Assembly: GCA_963668175.1 (NCBI GenBank)
Contig: OY764159.1
Location: 3,648,001 to 3,712,000 of the forward strand
Source of the DNA: Syntrophales bacterium
Lineage (GTDB): Bacteria; Desulfobacterota; Syntrophia; Syntrophales; PHBD01
Length of the DNA stretch: 64,000 bases
Reading direction: 5' to 3'
In this document: piece after piece, positions 1-10,337 of the stretch
How positions within the stretch are numbered: position 1 is the first letter of the stretch
Layout of the letters: every line of letters starts with the position of its first letter
Position numbers and translations under genes: made by a program
The notes under the pieces: model-generated
The model's input: only the letters and a program-made list of their open reading frames with translations
Databases searched by the model: none
Told to the model about the DNA's origin: nothing

Positions 1-147
1 CAAGAATGCCTTTACATTTACTTCCCGTCGCGTATCTATTCAGGACATAAGCGAATGCAGGCTTGACCAACCGGTGAGGATATGAGAATGTAGCGAAACT
101 GCAAACAGGGTTCACGGCCATCCTTATTTCCACGTGTTTTCTCCTGT

Positions 148-1173
148 TTGTGTGTTCCTGGCGGGAGGTTTGGATTGGGCCTTAGAAGAAAAATCAAATA
201 CGCGATCATCCTCCTCTTTTTGATATTCCTGGTCGGCACGGCCGGTTTTAGTATCATTGAAGACCTGAGCATCGTCGATTCGCTCTATACGACGGTTGTC
301 ACCATGTCGACCGTCGGTTACGGCGATTTTGTACCGAAAACCAACGTCGGGAAGCTTTTCACGTGCATCATGATCGTCTTCGGTGTCGGGACCATGCTCT
401 ACACACTCGGGCTCTTGACGGAGACCATGGTCGAAGGGCGCTTCAAAACATTGATGGGGAAGGGGAGGCTCGAGAAAATGATCAAGAAAATGCACAATCA
501 CTATATCATTTGCGGCTGCGGCAGGATAGGATTCCTGATCTGCCGGGAACTCAAAGCCGAAAAGGTCCCCTTTGTGGTGGTCGACAGGAATCCCGAAGTC
601 ATCCAGAAATGCGAAGAAGCGGGCTACGTCTACTACAGCGGAGACGGCACACAGGACAAGACCCTCATCGAAGCTGGAATCAAAAGGGCCAAAGGCGTGG
701 TCTGCGTATTGCCGACGGACGCCCTGAATCTTTACGTCATTCTCACGGCCAAGGAATTGAACCCGGACGTCTACATCCTTTCGCGCTCCGAGGAGGAAGC
801 GTCGGAAAGCCGACTGCTCAGGGCCGGCGCGAACCGGGTTATGTCTCCCTATACCTTAGGCGGGCTGAGGATGTCGATGGCGCTCCTGAGACCGACCATG
901 CACGACTTCATCGAGATCACGACAAAGAGGCAGAGTCTGGAACTCCGCATGGATGAACTGGACATCTGCGAAGGGTCTCCCCTCGTCGGCCTGACGCTGG
1001 AAAAGTCGGATATACGGCAGCGTTTCGGACTCATCATTGTCGCCATCAAGAAGGATTCGGGAAAAATGATCTTCAATCCCCTTGCTTCCTATATCATCGA
1101 AAAAGGCGACAAGCTCATCGCCATGGGCGAAGACGAGAATGTGAGCCAGTTTTCGACGATGTGCCTGGGTTAG
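148..1173 (+). CDS. Potassium channel protein (2TM pore + TrkA-N/TrkA-C RCK domains)
   Basis: TVGYGD selectivity filter between two hydrophobic helices; GCGRIG Rossmann motif; C-terminal TrkA-C-like region. Start codon uncertain. Confidence 0.92.
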   Translation: MCVPGGRFGLGLRRKIKYAIILLFLIFLVGTAGFSIIEDLSIVDSLYTTVVTMSTVGYGDFVPKTNVGKLFTCIMIVFGVGTMLYTLGLLTETMVEGRFKTLMGKGRLEKMIKKMHNHYIICGCGRIGFLICRELKAEKVPFVVVDRNPEVIQKCEEAGYVYYSGDGTQDKTLIEAGIKRAKGVVCVLPTDALNLYVILTAKELNPDVYILSRSEEEASESRLLRAGANRVMSPYTLGGLRMSMALLRPTMHDFIEITTKRQSLELRMDELDICEGSPLVGLTLEKSDIRQRFGLIIVAIKKDSGKMIFNPLASYIIEKGDKLIAMGEDENVSQFSTMCLG

Positions 1174-1674
1174 ACCGCGCCTCTCCTTCAGCAGGCTGTT
1201 GAAAAAAGTCCAACTGTCGCGCCCGGCCGCAAGCGCAGGCCTTCCTTTTTCCGTTTCATGCCGAGATTCTGCAGTATCCTTATCGTTCCCGCCGATGACG
1301 AACGGAAGGCGACATAACCTTTTATTTGCCCTGCCTGGGTTGCGGCTTCCGGTTTTCCGCTTTGGAGTGGCCGTAAACGCCCCTGATCGCCCTGTCAAGA
1401 CGGACATTTACTATCCGATACGAAATGAAGAGAGCATGCCGCGGACCGGGGAAGAAGTCTTATTGAAAACCTCAGCAACTTTCAGAGAGTTATCAAAATA
1501 AGGGCAGGATAGTGAAAACAACCCCGAAGCGGTATTTCTTCCGGATTTTTCGGACCTGTTCCGTGATAATGGATTTGGATTATCCGATGGACAAGCGGGA
1601 AACGGCAATATCATGCAGCGCGGAGAAACAGCATCCTATCATCCGCGGCAGCAGACTTCAGCCGGCAAGGAACG

Positions 1675-2883
1675 TCAATCCTTCGGCTCAGCCGTGCTGG
1701 ATGAGACCAAGAACTGGGGATCGGAGAAAAGCCGGCCGAAATTCATCTTGACAGGCGTCGGTTTCCCGAGGGCCGTCTTGATATATTCCAGCATCAGCTC
1801 TTCCACCATTTGCTCCCTGGACGTATTATGGACGGCTAAAGGTTCATCCGCCTTCGTTTTGCTCAGCTTTCCCATTTGAATGACCTGAGACCGTTGCGCC
1901 TGCTGCAGAGCGGCATATTTCTGCTTCAAATCGCCGGCAGGCAGACCTATAAGCCAGCGGTATACGGTAATTATTCGCGGCGAAGCGGGTAGATGCGACG
2001 ATTCCAGAACAGCTTTATGGTTTCGGGCAAAGCGTTTCAAACCTTCGATGATATGATTGGGCTTCACGAAATTGACGCCCAGCCAGCCGGCCTTTATCCA
2101 CTGGAAAACGCCGGTTCTCAGCATAACGGGTGCCGAACCCGATTCCACGTATACACCGATGGAGAAATAATCGTAGATGTACGATTCGACCCAGCCGAGC
2201 CCCGCCTTGGCGGAACCGATTTCACCCGAATAATAGTAGTTCCAGTCGCTGTCATTCCCGATAATAAAGCCTTTTTCCCCCACCTTCGATTTGTCGATTT
2301 GCTTCGATATGGAGATAAGGACCTGACGCCCCTTGTAATTGGCCACAATTAGCGTCCTTTTGAGATCGTATTCATAGTAGACGCCGGTGGTGAGGTCCGG
2401 CGTATTCGAATCGTGCTGGAACCCGTGCAGTATCAACGGGCTTCCTTCCGGAGGAATAGGCTTCCATACGGCAGGAAGTTTCTGTGTCCTTCCCGGCACG
2501 GTGCTCCAGAGCGAATACCGAAGCGATGACGGTCTGGTAACGACCTGAGGAATCATCGGGTTGTAAGAATATTCCATGAATCTGGCAAAGTTGGTTTTCG
2601 TGTCGAACTCCTGATAAGCCCCAGGACATTTTTGAGTTTCCGGAAGGGCATGGTCCTTTTCCGTCTTCGAGCTGAGCACATACTCGGTCAGGGTGGCTAT
2701 ATCGCGTTGATCGAGACCTGCTTTCGGATCGATACAGAACGATACGAGGCGCATGGCCGCTTCGGTGACCTGTTTACGGGAATCTGAGGCTGCATGAGCG
2801 ATGGAACTTAAATAAGATAAAACGATCGCTGAGGCCAGGAGGCAACAAATCGCAAGCGACCTTACATTATTCTTTTTTTTCAT
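1675..2883 (-). CDS. Hypothetical exported protein
   Basis: ~400 aa ORF with Sec-type signal peptide (MKKKNNVRSLAICCLLASA...AHA); no recognised catalytic motif. Confidence 0.75.
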   Translation of the reverse strand: MKKKNNVRSLAICCLLASAIVLSYLSSIAHAASDSRKQVTEAAMRLVSFCIDPKAGLDQRDIATLTEYVLSSKTEKDHALPETQKCPGAYQEFDTKTNFARFMEYSYNPMIPQVVTRPSSLRYSLWSTVPGRTQKLPAVWKPIPPEGSPLILHGFQHDSNTPDLTTGVYYEYDLKRTLIVANYKGRQVLISISKQIDKSKVGEKGFIIGNDSDWNYYYSGEIGSAKAGLGWVESYIYDYFSIGVYVESGSAPVMLRTGVFQWIKAGWLGVNFVKPNHIIEGLKRFARNHKAVLESSHLPASPRIITVYRWLIGLPAGDLKQKYAALQQAQRSQVIQMGKLSKTKADEPLAVHNTSREQMVEELMLEYIKTALGKPTPVKMNFGRLFSDPQFLVSSSTAEPKD

Positions 2884-3017
2884 ATCCAAATACTGATAGA
2901 CTCCTTTACAATCGGTTTCGCTGATCGCCGCGGATTATAGGAACAACAGTTCTGTCTGTCAATGGTAGTTTGAAGTCGGGTAGAGAGGGCAGGTTTCACT
3001 ATCAAAGACGGCCTACC

Positions 3018-3629
3018 TTACTTTCTGGCAGTGGCCAGTGCCGCACCGAACACCATGAACATCGCTCCGCCCGCCTTGTTGATCATCTTCCCTCCCCGTT
3101 CCGAGGACAGCCATCGCTTCGCCCTTTGCGCACAAAGCGAATACAGACAATGAATGGCGACGACGAGGATACTGTATGTCAGCACCAGGGTGGCGAATTG
3201 CGAGGGATAGTCGCGTGCGGGATCGATAAACTGGGGAAGCACCGAAAGGAAAAAGAAGATAGCCTTCGGATTGGTCAGCTGCAGGGACAAACCCTCGATG
3301 AAGCGGCGTCGGAAACCGGCCGGATGCGAAGGGAGCGTCTGAAAACCGACGGCCGGAGCGCGCCAGAGCCTGATGCCCAAATAGATCAGGTACGCGGCAC
3401 CGATAAATTTGAGGACGGTGAACGCCAGGGCGGATGCAGCGAGGACGACCCCAAGGCCTGTAGCCGACACGGCAGCCACGACCAACGCCCCGCAGGATAT
3501 ACCCAGTATCCCGCCAAACGTCCCCTTAAACCCGTAGCGCAGGGAGTTCGTAAGCGTCATGATCACCCCGGGCCCCGGGCTGAACACTGTTATCGCCGCC
3601 ATACAGAGAAACAGCGGATAAAGTTTCAC
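3018..3629 (-). CDS. LysE/RhtB family amino acid exporter
   Basis: SPGPG and LTNPKAI motifs, about six hydrophobic segments; GTG start at 3629 preceded by AGGA. Confidence 0.92.
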   Translation of the reverse strand: MKLYPLFLCMAAITVFSPGPGVIMTLTNSLRYGFKGTFGGILGISCGALVVAAVSATGLGVVLAASALAFTVLKFIGAAYLIYLGIRLWRAPAVGFQTLPSHPAGFRRRFIEGLSLQLTNPKAIFFFLSVLPQFIDPARDYPSQFATLVLTYSILVVAIHCLYSLCAQRAKRWLSSERGGKMINKAGGAMFMVFGAALATARK

Positions 3630-3873
3630 GAGTTGAGTCCTATCGATCTGTTTTTTATTCGGCGAATAATTAACACGTTTTTGTGCAAATAGCAAAAACG
3701 GAATAACGCGGATCCTATCGATTCCGCCGCTCACCGTGCATCCGTTTGAAACCGGAGAGGACCGGCAAGAGGGTTCCGTCCGACAACCATGAATATTCAA
3801 AAGCATATTCTGTCGAACGACGGCCCGGCAGTCCGTCGATCATCCACCATCCTGCATTCTTTCGACTGTCGTT

Positions 3874-5178
3874 TCACAAACGATGTTGTTCGGTCCCACT
3901 GTCCGGATGTCGATGGGGCATCATCTGTGACGGGAAAATAAAGCGGACGGCCCGCTCGAAGAAGATATAATCCCAGGCCCAGTTGATCAGCACCATTACG
4001 CGGTTACGGAATCCGATGAGATTGAAAAGGTGGATGAAGAGCCAGAGGACCCAGGCAATGAAACCGATGAAGGTTCTTGCGCCGATATCGACGCCGGCGG
4101 CATCGCGGCCGATTGTAATCATTGAACCCCGATCCCGGTATCGGAAATTGCCGGGCTCGGCCCCTTTGATTTGAAGGAGTATATTCCGGGCGGCGGCGAT
4201 CCCCGATTGTATGGCGACCTGGGCAACCATCGGCAGGATGCGGCCGTTCTCCTTGATCTGTGCTAAATCGCCTATGACATATATTTCGGGCCGGCCGGGC
4301 ACTTGCAGGGTCGGCAGCACGCCGACACGGCCGCTCTTTTCCGCAGGTAGGCCCGAAAGTGCAGCCACCGGTTCGCCCCGCACGCCGCTGGTCCAGACAA
4401 CCGTCTCTGTCGGAATGGCGGGTTCGCCCTCCAGATCCACCTCGGACGCCGTTACACTGACGACCCGCGCCCCTAATCGGACATCGACGCCCATCTCGCG
4501 CAGCCGCTTCTCGGCATAGTTGCGCACGGCTTCGCTCATCGCCGCGACCAGACGATCCGACGCCTCCAGGAGTACGATGCGGACGCTTCGGAAATCGATG
4601 CCCGGGAAATCCCGCGATAGGGGTCCATGGATAAGTTCACTCAGGGCACCGGCATACTCAACGCCCGTTGCACCGCCCCCCACTATGGTAAAGGTAAGGA
4701 GGCATCTTCTCTTTTCCTCGTCCGTCTCGCGTGAGGCCCTTTCGAAACAGGAAATGATATGGTTCTTGAGGATAACGGCTTCATCAAGATTCTTGAGACC
4801 GAAAGCGTACGTATCGACACCGGGGACTCCGAACGTATGGGTGACGCTTCCAGCAGCCAGGATGAGATAATCGTAGTCAATCGTCTCCCCGTCCGTTTCA
4901 AGGAGGCGCTTTTCCGGATCAATGCGGCGGACATCGGCAAGGACAAAATCGACGTTGGGAAAACCCCAGAGAATGCTCCGCACGGGGTAGGCGATATCCT
5001 CAGCTTCCAGTTCAGCGGCGGCCACCTGATAAAGAAGCGCGAGAAAGGTGTGGTAATTGTTACGATCAACGACAACGACGCGGATATCCTGGTGGGCCAG
5101 GGTGCGTACGGCCCATAACCCACCGAATCCTGCGCCGACAACGACAACCTGTTTTTTCCCGGTACGATCTTCCTTCAT
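3874..5178 (-). CDS. ndh: Type II NADH:quinone oxidoreductase (NDH-2)
   Basis: Two dinucleotide-binding motifs (GAGFGG, GGGATG), LLEA, AQVAIQSG quinone-site motif, C-terminal amphipathic region. Confidence 0.88.
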   Translation of the reverse strand: MKEDRTGKKQVVVVGAGFGGLWAVRTLAHQDIRVVVVDRNNYHTFLALLYQVAAAELEAEDIAYPVRSILWGFPNVDFVLADVRRIDPEKRLLETDGETIDYDYLILAAGSVTHTFGVPGVDTYAFGLKNLDEAVILKNHIISCFERASRETDEEKRRCLLTFTIVGGGATGVEYAGALSELIHGPLSRDFPGIDFRSVRIVLLEASDRLVAAMSEAVRNYAEKRLREMGVDVRLGARVVSVTASEVDLEGEPAIPTETVVWTSGVRGEPVAALSGLPAEKSGRVGVLPTLQVPGRPEIYVIGDLAQIKENGRILPMVAQVAIQSGIAAARNILLQIKGAEPGNFRYRDRGSMITIGRDAAGVDIGARTFIGFIAWVLWLFIHLFNLIGFRNRVMVLINWAWDYIFFERAVRFIFPSQMMPHRHPDSGTEQHRL

Positions 5179-5765
5179 TTTGTCACCGTATTTGCTCTAT
5201 GTTGTAAAACCGCCGGCCGGTAACGCCAGATGGCCGCCTATTTCAAGCTATCGTGAAATGCCAGCGACAAAAGAGATCATCGGGATGGGGAGCGGGAGGG
5301 GCGAATTCGCAATGGACGCGGGGGCATTCTTTTCTATTATACTAAAAAACCCCAAAATTGTCGCTTATCTTTGTTGAACCTCCCGACAAACGCTGCTGTG
5401 TTACCTATCCGCCGGAAACGTCGTCTTGCGATACAGATCACTCTTGGAGGCTGCCCTGCCCGATGGACAACCACGAAGGATTGGAACGACCGCCGCTGCA
5501 TCCCTTAAGTCTGTTCCTGTCCCGGAGCCGTGACAATACCCATGTTATACGGACGACCTGACAGGCACCGACATTTTCAGATATGGATAAGTATCAAAAA
5601 AGTCTCGATTCCGGATTCCCGGCCGATCGCAAATTACCCCTTGTAATATTACATAAAACTGTATAGACGTATTACACATGAAGCACAGGCCGTCGATTAA
5701 AGCCTCTACGCGGCGCTGGTCATCGGCCTGCATCTGGATGCTGTAATGCAAGCTAAGGCCGATCC

Positions 5766-7169
5766 ATGATCAAGAACCCTGACAGCCCTGAAAATCCTCA
5801 TATCCGACCCAATCAGACCTTCATCTGCAGCGTCGTCTTCATCGACCTGGTTGAGTATTCGAAAAAACCCTTCGTTGAGCAGATCCTGATCAAGGAACGT
5901 TTCAACATACATCTGGCCGATGCTATTAAGGATATATCCCTCAACTACCGGATTGTCCTGGACACCGGCGACGGAGCGGCGATCGGCTTTATCGGCGACC
6001 CGGAGGACGCCCTCTTTGTGGCCATGAGCCTTCGCGACGCCCTCATGGACGACGATTCCGAAGTGGCGCCCAATCTCAAGGTCCGGATGGGCATCAATCT
6101 CGGACCGGTAAAGATCCTTAAAGACATCAACAACCAAATGAACATGATCGGAGACGGCATCAACGCCGCCGAACGCATCATGAGCTTCTCCGAACCGGGA
6201 CAGCTCCTGGTTTCGAGGTCCTATTACGACATCGTCTCCTGCCTTTCGCAGGAATACGCTCAGCTCTTTCATTACCAGGGTTCCCGGGCGGACAAACATG
6301 TCCGCGAGCATGATCTCTATGCCGTTGAACACACCAGGATGAAACCCGGCTCCCTGTATAACCGCCCGGATAGAAAGCAGAACGGCTTCTGCAGTGAAGA
6401 AGATGATCCTGTCGAGCCGGTCCGTCTTGCCGCCGAAGAATCATACCGCGCTTACCCCAGGAAGGTTGATCGAGACGCATCGGCGGGACGGGGAAAGAAA
6501 GCGATCATGATCGGGGGGACTATGGCCGCCGTTCTTGCCGGCCTCATCTTCCTCCTGCCCGGAGAAAAAGCGCCGTCGGAACAACCGAAGGTAGCCGCAA
6601 CTCCCGCAAACGCCGTCCCGGAAAGCAAACCCGTACCTGCCGTAACGACGGCCGTTCCCGAAAAACCGCTGCCGAACCCGAAGGCCCCGGCAACATCCAG
6701 GAAAACCCCGCCCGAGCAGACAGTCGTCTCCGCCAAAACTCAAGAGGAACCGGTCAAAAAAGCTGTGAAGAAGTTGTCCGCCCGGGCCGGCGACGTCCTC
6801 TTCACCTTCATCGATCAGAAATCACAGGGAAATGAAATAACGCTGAGCATCCAAACATATAACGGCTCCAGCGAAACCAAGCGCATCGCCATCTATGACG
6901 ACGCCTACTGGTGGGCCAAGTCTCAGATACTGGACGAAGCCGGCGAGAAACACGACGTCAACAAGGTCGTCTTTCTCAATGATGCCGAGAAGATTTCCAT
7001 GTCCCTCACGGGCACGCAGGGAATTGCCGTCGCCCCCAAAAAATCCGTCATCGCCAACCTGACGTTTAAAAAATCCTTCAAAACGGCAAAAACTCTGGTT
7101 CTACACCCCTTTATCTGCCACGAGGGAAACTGTTCCGAACACAACCTGGTCATGAACCTGAACAAGTAG
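5766..7169 (+). CDS. Class III adenylate/guanylate cyclase-domain protein, single TM, extracytoplasmic C-terminal domain (copy 1)
   Basis: FIDLVEYS, DTGDG, RMGINLGPV, GDGINAAER; TM helix about residues 247-264; Pro/Ala/Lys-rich linker. Confidence 0.88.
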   Translation: MIKNPDSPENPHIRPNQTFICSVVFIDLVEYSKKPFVEQILIKERFNIHLADAIKDISLNYRIVLDTGDGAAIGFIGDPEDALFVAMSLRDALMDDDSEVAPNLKVRMGINLGPVKILKDINNQMNMIGDGINAAERIMSFSEPGQLLVSRSYYDIVSCLSQEYAQLFHYQGSRADKHVREHDLYAVEHTRMKPGSLYNRPDRKQNGFCSEEDDPVEPVRLAAEESYRAYPRKVDRDASAGRGKKAIMIGGTMAAVLAGLIFLLPGEKAPSEQPKVAATPANAVPESKPVPAVTTAVPEKPLPNPKAPATSRKTPPEQTVVSAKTQEEPVKKAVKKLSARAGDVLFTFIDQKSQGNEITLSIQTYNGSSETKRIAIYDDAYWWAKSQILDEAGEKHDVNKVVFLNDAEKISMSLTGTQGIAVAPKKSVIANLTFKKSFKTAKTLVLHPFICHEGNCSEHNLVMNLNK

Positions 7170-7600
7170 AATCAACAGCCCCTCGCGCACTGTGTGCGTA
7201 CCCTTCCTGTTTTACAATTTGCATTCACTCAAACATGAAACGCATTAACATATAATACAAAATCCCTTTTCTCGCGAAGGCCGGTTCGCTTATGGCCCTT
7301 TCATGAATCATCATCACGCCTTATAGATTTTACTACAAGTAAATCAAGGGCCTGCGTATTTTTTTGCTTGTCAATTTCCAAGAAAACGATTAAGTGGGGT
7401 ACGTCGATATCGTTTAGGTATCGCGATCTCGTTGAATAAAGCCAATCCGACCCATATGAACACGCTCGATAAGATCAATCTCTCCTCTCATCATCGCACG
7501 ACTGCGGATACGATCAAGGCTCAGGGAAAAAGAATACGGCCTCACCGGTCAGTTGGATTCGAGGGGCATAACTTGCAGACAAAGAAAAAGAATGCACGCC

Positions 7601-9136
7601 ATGACGAATAACCCGGAAAGCCTGATGGCCCATCATTTCCGCCCCAATCGAACCCTCATTTGCAGCGTTGTCTTTATCGATATCGCCGGATACACAAAAA
7701 AGTCCTTCAACGAGCAGGTGTTGATCAAGGAATGCTTCAATGCCCATCTGGCCGACGCCATTAAGAACATTGCCTTAAGCGAACGCATGGTACTGGACAC
7801 AGGGGACGGCGCCGCCATCGGTTGCATCGGCGATCCGGAAGACGCCCTGACCATAGCGATGAATATCAGAGGTGCCCTAGATACAGACGACTCGCCGGTC
7901 GCGGCCGGATTGCAGGTCAGGATAGGCATCAATCTGGGACCGGTTAGAATCCTCAAGGATATCAACAACCAAATGAATATGATCGGCGACGGCATCAACG
8001 CCGCCGAACGCATCATGAGCTTCGCCGATCCGGGACAACTGCTCGTATCCAGATCTTATTACGACATGCTTTCCTCCCTGTCGCAGGAATACGCGGAGTT
8101 GTTTCAATATCAGGGATCGCGGGCGGACAAGCATGTCCGCGAACATGACATCTATGCCGTCGAACGAGAAGGCGTAATAATTGATCCGGCAGCAGGCAGA
8201 TCGAATATCGAAGAGACATCCGCTGCCGGCGAAGACAACGTTTCCGGGCAAGAGGAAGCCCCTCGCAAGCTGTCAGGCAGCAACATGTCTGTGCAATCGG
8301 GCAAGTCTGCGCATCCCCGGAAGGCGATCAAAATAGCCCTGGCGGCAGGCGCGGCGGTGGCAACGATCGCAGTCACGGTCATTCTCATTTCTGACTACAC
8401 GGTGCCGCCGAAGCTTGCCAGACTTTCCCGGGAAAGCACCCGGATCGTCAGCACGTTCATCTCCGAAAGGTTGGATGCGATCCCAGACCGCACGCCGACA
8501 CCTGCCGCAGACTCCGTAAAGGCGTCAACGCAATCCGGACAACCGGCACCAGCTGTACTGCCGTTGCCGACTCACCGGCTGGCTCCGGAACGTGTAACAG
8601 ACCCTACGACGTCGCCGTCCGTGTCAATCGTGATCGCAGACCGGGAAGAAGCAGCTTCCAAAGCGGTCAATGCCATAGCGCCTCCTGTGAAACAGGCAGT
8701 CAAGAGAGTGTCCGAGCGCACAGACAAGTCGTTCAAGACGGTATCGTCCAGGGCCGGCGATATTCTCTTCACGGTAACGGGAATGCAATCGACCGGCAAC
8801 GAAGTCACTGTTCGTGTCCAGACCTACAACGGCTCCAAGACGTCGAAGCGCATCGCCCTGTACGACAGCACGTATTGGTGGGCCAAGTCCCAAATCACCG
8901 ACGGCGCAGGCGACAAGCACGACGTCAACAAAGTCAGTTTCCTAAGCGGCGACGAGAAGATATCCATGTCCCTTACCGGAACCGAAGGGGTTCCCATCGA
9001 CCCTCAGAAGACCGTCACAGCCGTCATGACCTTCAGGAAGGCCAGGAAAGGCATCAAGACCCTGGTTCTGCATCCTTTCATCTATCAAGGGGAGCACCAG
9101 TCGGAACATCAATTGGTCATGAAGCTCGGCGGCTAA
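7601..9136 (+). CDS. Class III adenylate/guanylate cyclase-domain protein, single TM, extracytoplasmic C-terminal domain (copy 2, tandem paralog)
   Basis: Same motifs as copy 1 (FIDIAGYT, DTGDG, GDGINAAER); start MTNNPES parallels MIKNPDS of copy 1. Confidence 0.88.
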   Translation: MTNNPESLMAHHFRPNRTLICSVVFIDIAGYTKKSFNEQVLIKECFNAHLADAIKNIALSERMVLDTGDGAAIGCIGDPEDALTIAMNIRGALDTDDSPVAAGLQVRIGINLGPVRILKDINNQMNMIGDGINAAERIMSFADPGQLLVSRSYYDMLSSLSQEYAELFQYQGSRADKHVREHDIYAVEREGVIIDPAAGRSNIEETSAAGEDNVSGQEEAPRKLSGSNMSVQSGKSAHPRKAIKIALAAGAAVATIAVTVILISDYTVPPKLARLSRESTRIVSTFISERLDAIPDRTPTPAADSVKASTQSGQPAPAVLPLPTHRLAPERVTDPTTSPSVSIVIADREEAASKAVNAIAPPVKQAVKRVSERTDKSFKTVSSRAGDILFTVTGMQSTGNEVTVRVQTYNGSKTSKRIALYDSTYWWAKSQITDGAGDKHDVNKVSFLSGDEKISMSLTGTEGVPIDPQKTVTAVMTFRKARKGIKTLVLHPFIYQGEHQSEHQLVMKLGG

Positions 9137-9156
9137 CAAGACAGGGAAGCATCACC

Positions 9157-9510
9157 GTGAAAATTGCCGTTTCATCGACAGGTCCTGAACTGACTGACCT
9201 TGTAGATCCAAGGTTCAGCAAGTGCCGTTATTATATCATCATCGACACCGACTCGCGCGAGACAAAGGCCGTAGAAAATGCCGCCGCCTACGTCTGCGTC
9301 CTCAGGGACACAACGACGGGAAACCTCGTGGCCGGACAGGAGACGGATGTGGTACTGACGGGGCATATCGGACGGAAAGCGGCCGCAATTCTTCTGGCCG
9401 CAGGGGTGAAGATCTTCACCGGGGCATCCGGTAAAATAAGTACCGCCGTTGAGGCCTTTCAGGCCGGCAAGCTCGAAGAAATGACGTCTCCTCCCGCCTC
9501 CGGATCGTAA
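9157..9510 (+). CDS. NifB/NifX-family (dinitrogenase FeMo-cofactor domain, MTH1175-like) small protein
   Basis: GTG-start MKIAVSSTG...VDPRF..C.YYIIID...VENA...DVVLTGHIG.KA...L.AAGVKIF pattern. Confidence 0.8.
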   Translation: MKIAVSSTGPELTDLVDPRFSKCRYYIIIDTDSRETKAVENAAAYVCVLRDTTTGNLVAGQETDVVLTGHIGRKAAAILLAAGVKIFTGASGKISTAVEAFQAGKLEEMTSPPASGS

Positions 9511-9685
9511 TGTCCTTTCCAGAGGAAGATGGCCGTATCAGGCATGCCGTAAGGCTTTCCACGAGTCTATTCCGACCGCAACGGGCAAGTCTCCCGGTGC
9601 GGATTTGGTCCCGTTCAGAGGATTCTTTTCGGGTATACCTCCGATATTCCCCAGCATGCACGAGCATTTCCAGTGAAAGAGGACT

Positions 9686-9716
9686 TGATATCTGTTCAAA
9701 TTATTTGTATAAAAAC
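9686..9716. promoter_or_regulatory. Putative MarR operator (degenerate tandem ATTTGT-N2-ACAAAT sites) upstream of marR
   Basis: TGATATCTGTTCAAATTATTTGTATAAAAAC aligns ungapped with the site at 11197-11227 (22/31 identical, counted by eye). Confidence 0.55.
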
Positions 9717-9762
9717 GATTCAAGATCGGCAGGGGGGCCGATCCGTGCGGAAGGAGACATCC

Positions 9763-10320
9763 ATGGAAAGCAATGCCGCGGTGGTCGCGGAAATTGTCGA
9801 TAATATCCGCCGTATCTTCCAGTCCATCAATGAACACTCCAAAAAAGTGAAACGAGAGACCGGCCTGACCGGACCGCAGCTCTGGGCCATCAAAACCCTT
9901 GCCGAGTCCTCCCCGATGAGCGTTTCCGATCTCGCGCGCCGGATATATTTGCATCCGGCTACCGTTGTGGGCATCCTGGACCGCCTGGAAATCAACGGGC
10001 TGGTAAGGAGAGTGCGATCCATGGAGGACCGGAGGGTCGTGAAGCTGCAACTGACCGCGCGTGGTAACGCCCTGGTTAAAGATGCACCGAATGTGGTCCA
10101 GGGAGTACTGGTTTCCGGACTGGAACACCTGTCGGACAAGAAATTGTCCGCCATTGGAGACGGGCTTTCCGTTCTTGTCGATATTCTCGGCGTGAAATCC
10201 CTGCCTCCGAAATTGATCGGATCCAGGGAAGTGAATGTCCCCCAAAAGAGAATCAGGCATGCCATGAAGAAAAGGTCGCGCATCAAACTGCCGGCACGAA
10301 ACAAGAAGATGAGAACATGA
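9763..10320 (+). CDS. MarR family transcriptional regulator (EctR/CosR-like)
   Basis: LTGPQLW, ATVVGILDRLE..GLV.R...EDRR motifs; AAGGAG RBS before ATG 9763. Confidence 0.92.
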   Translation: MESNAAVVAEIVDNIRRIFQSINEHSKKVKRETGLTGPQLWAIKTLAESSPMSVSDLARRIYLHPATVVGILDRLEINGLVRRVRSMEDRRVVKLQLTARGNALVKDAPNVVQGVLVSGLEHLSDKKLSAIGDGLSVLVDILGVKSLPPKLIGSREVNVPQKRIRHAMKKRSRIKLPARNKKMRT

Positions 10321-10337
10321 TAAGGAATGGAGGAAAA

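Noticed and set aside
1190..1215. CAGGCTGTTGAAAAAA resembling an IS terminal inverted repeat
   Set aside because: No partner repeat, transposase or target duplication was found nearby.
5642..5653. Perfect palindrome TGTAATATTACA upstream of cyclase 1
   Set aside because: AT-rich 12-mer, not repeated upstream of cyclase 2, and I cannot assign a regulator.
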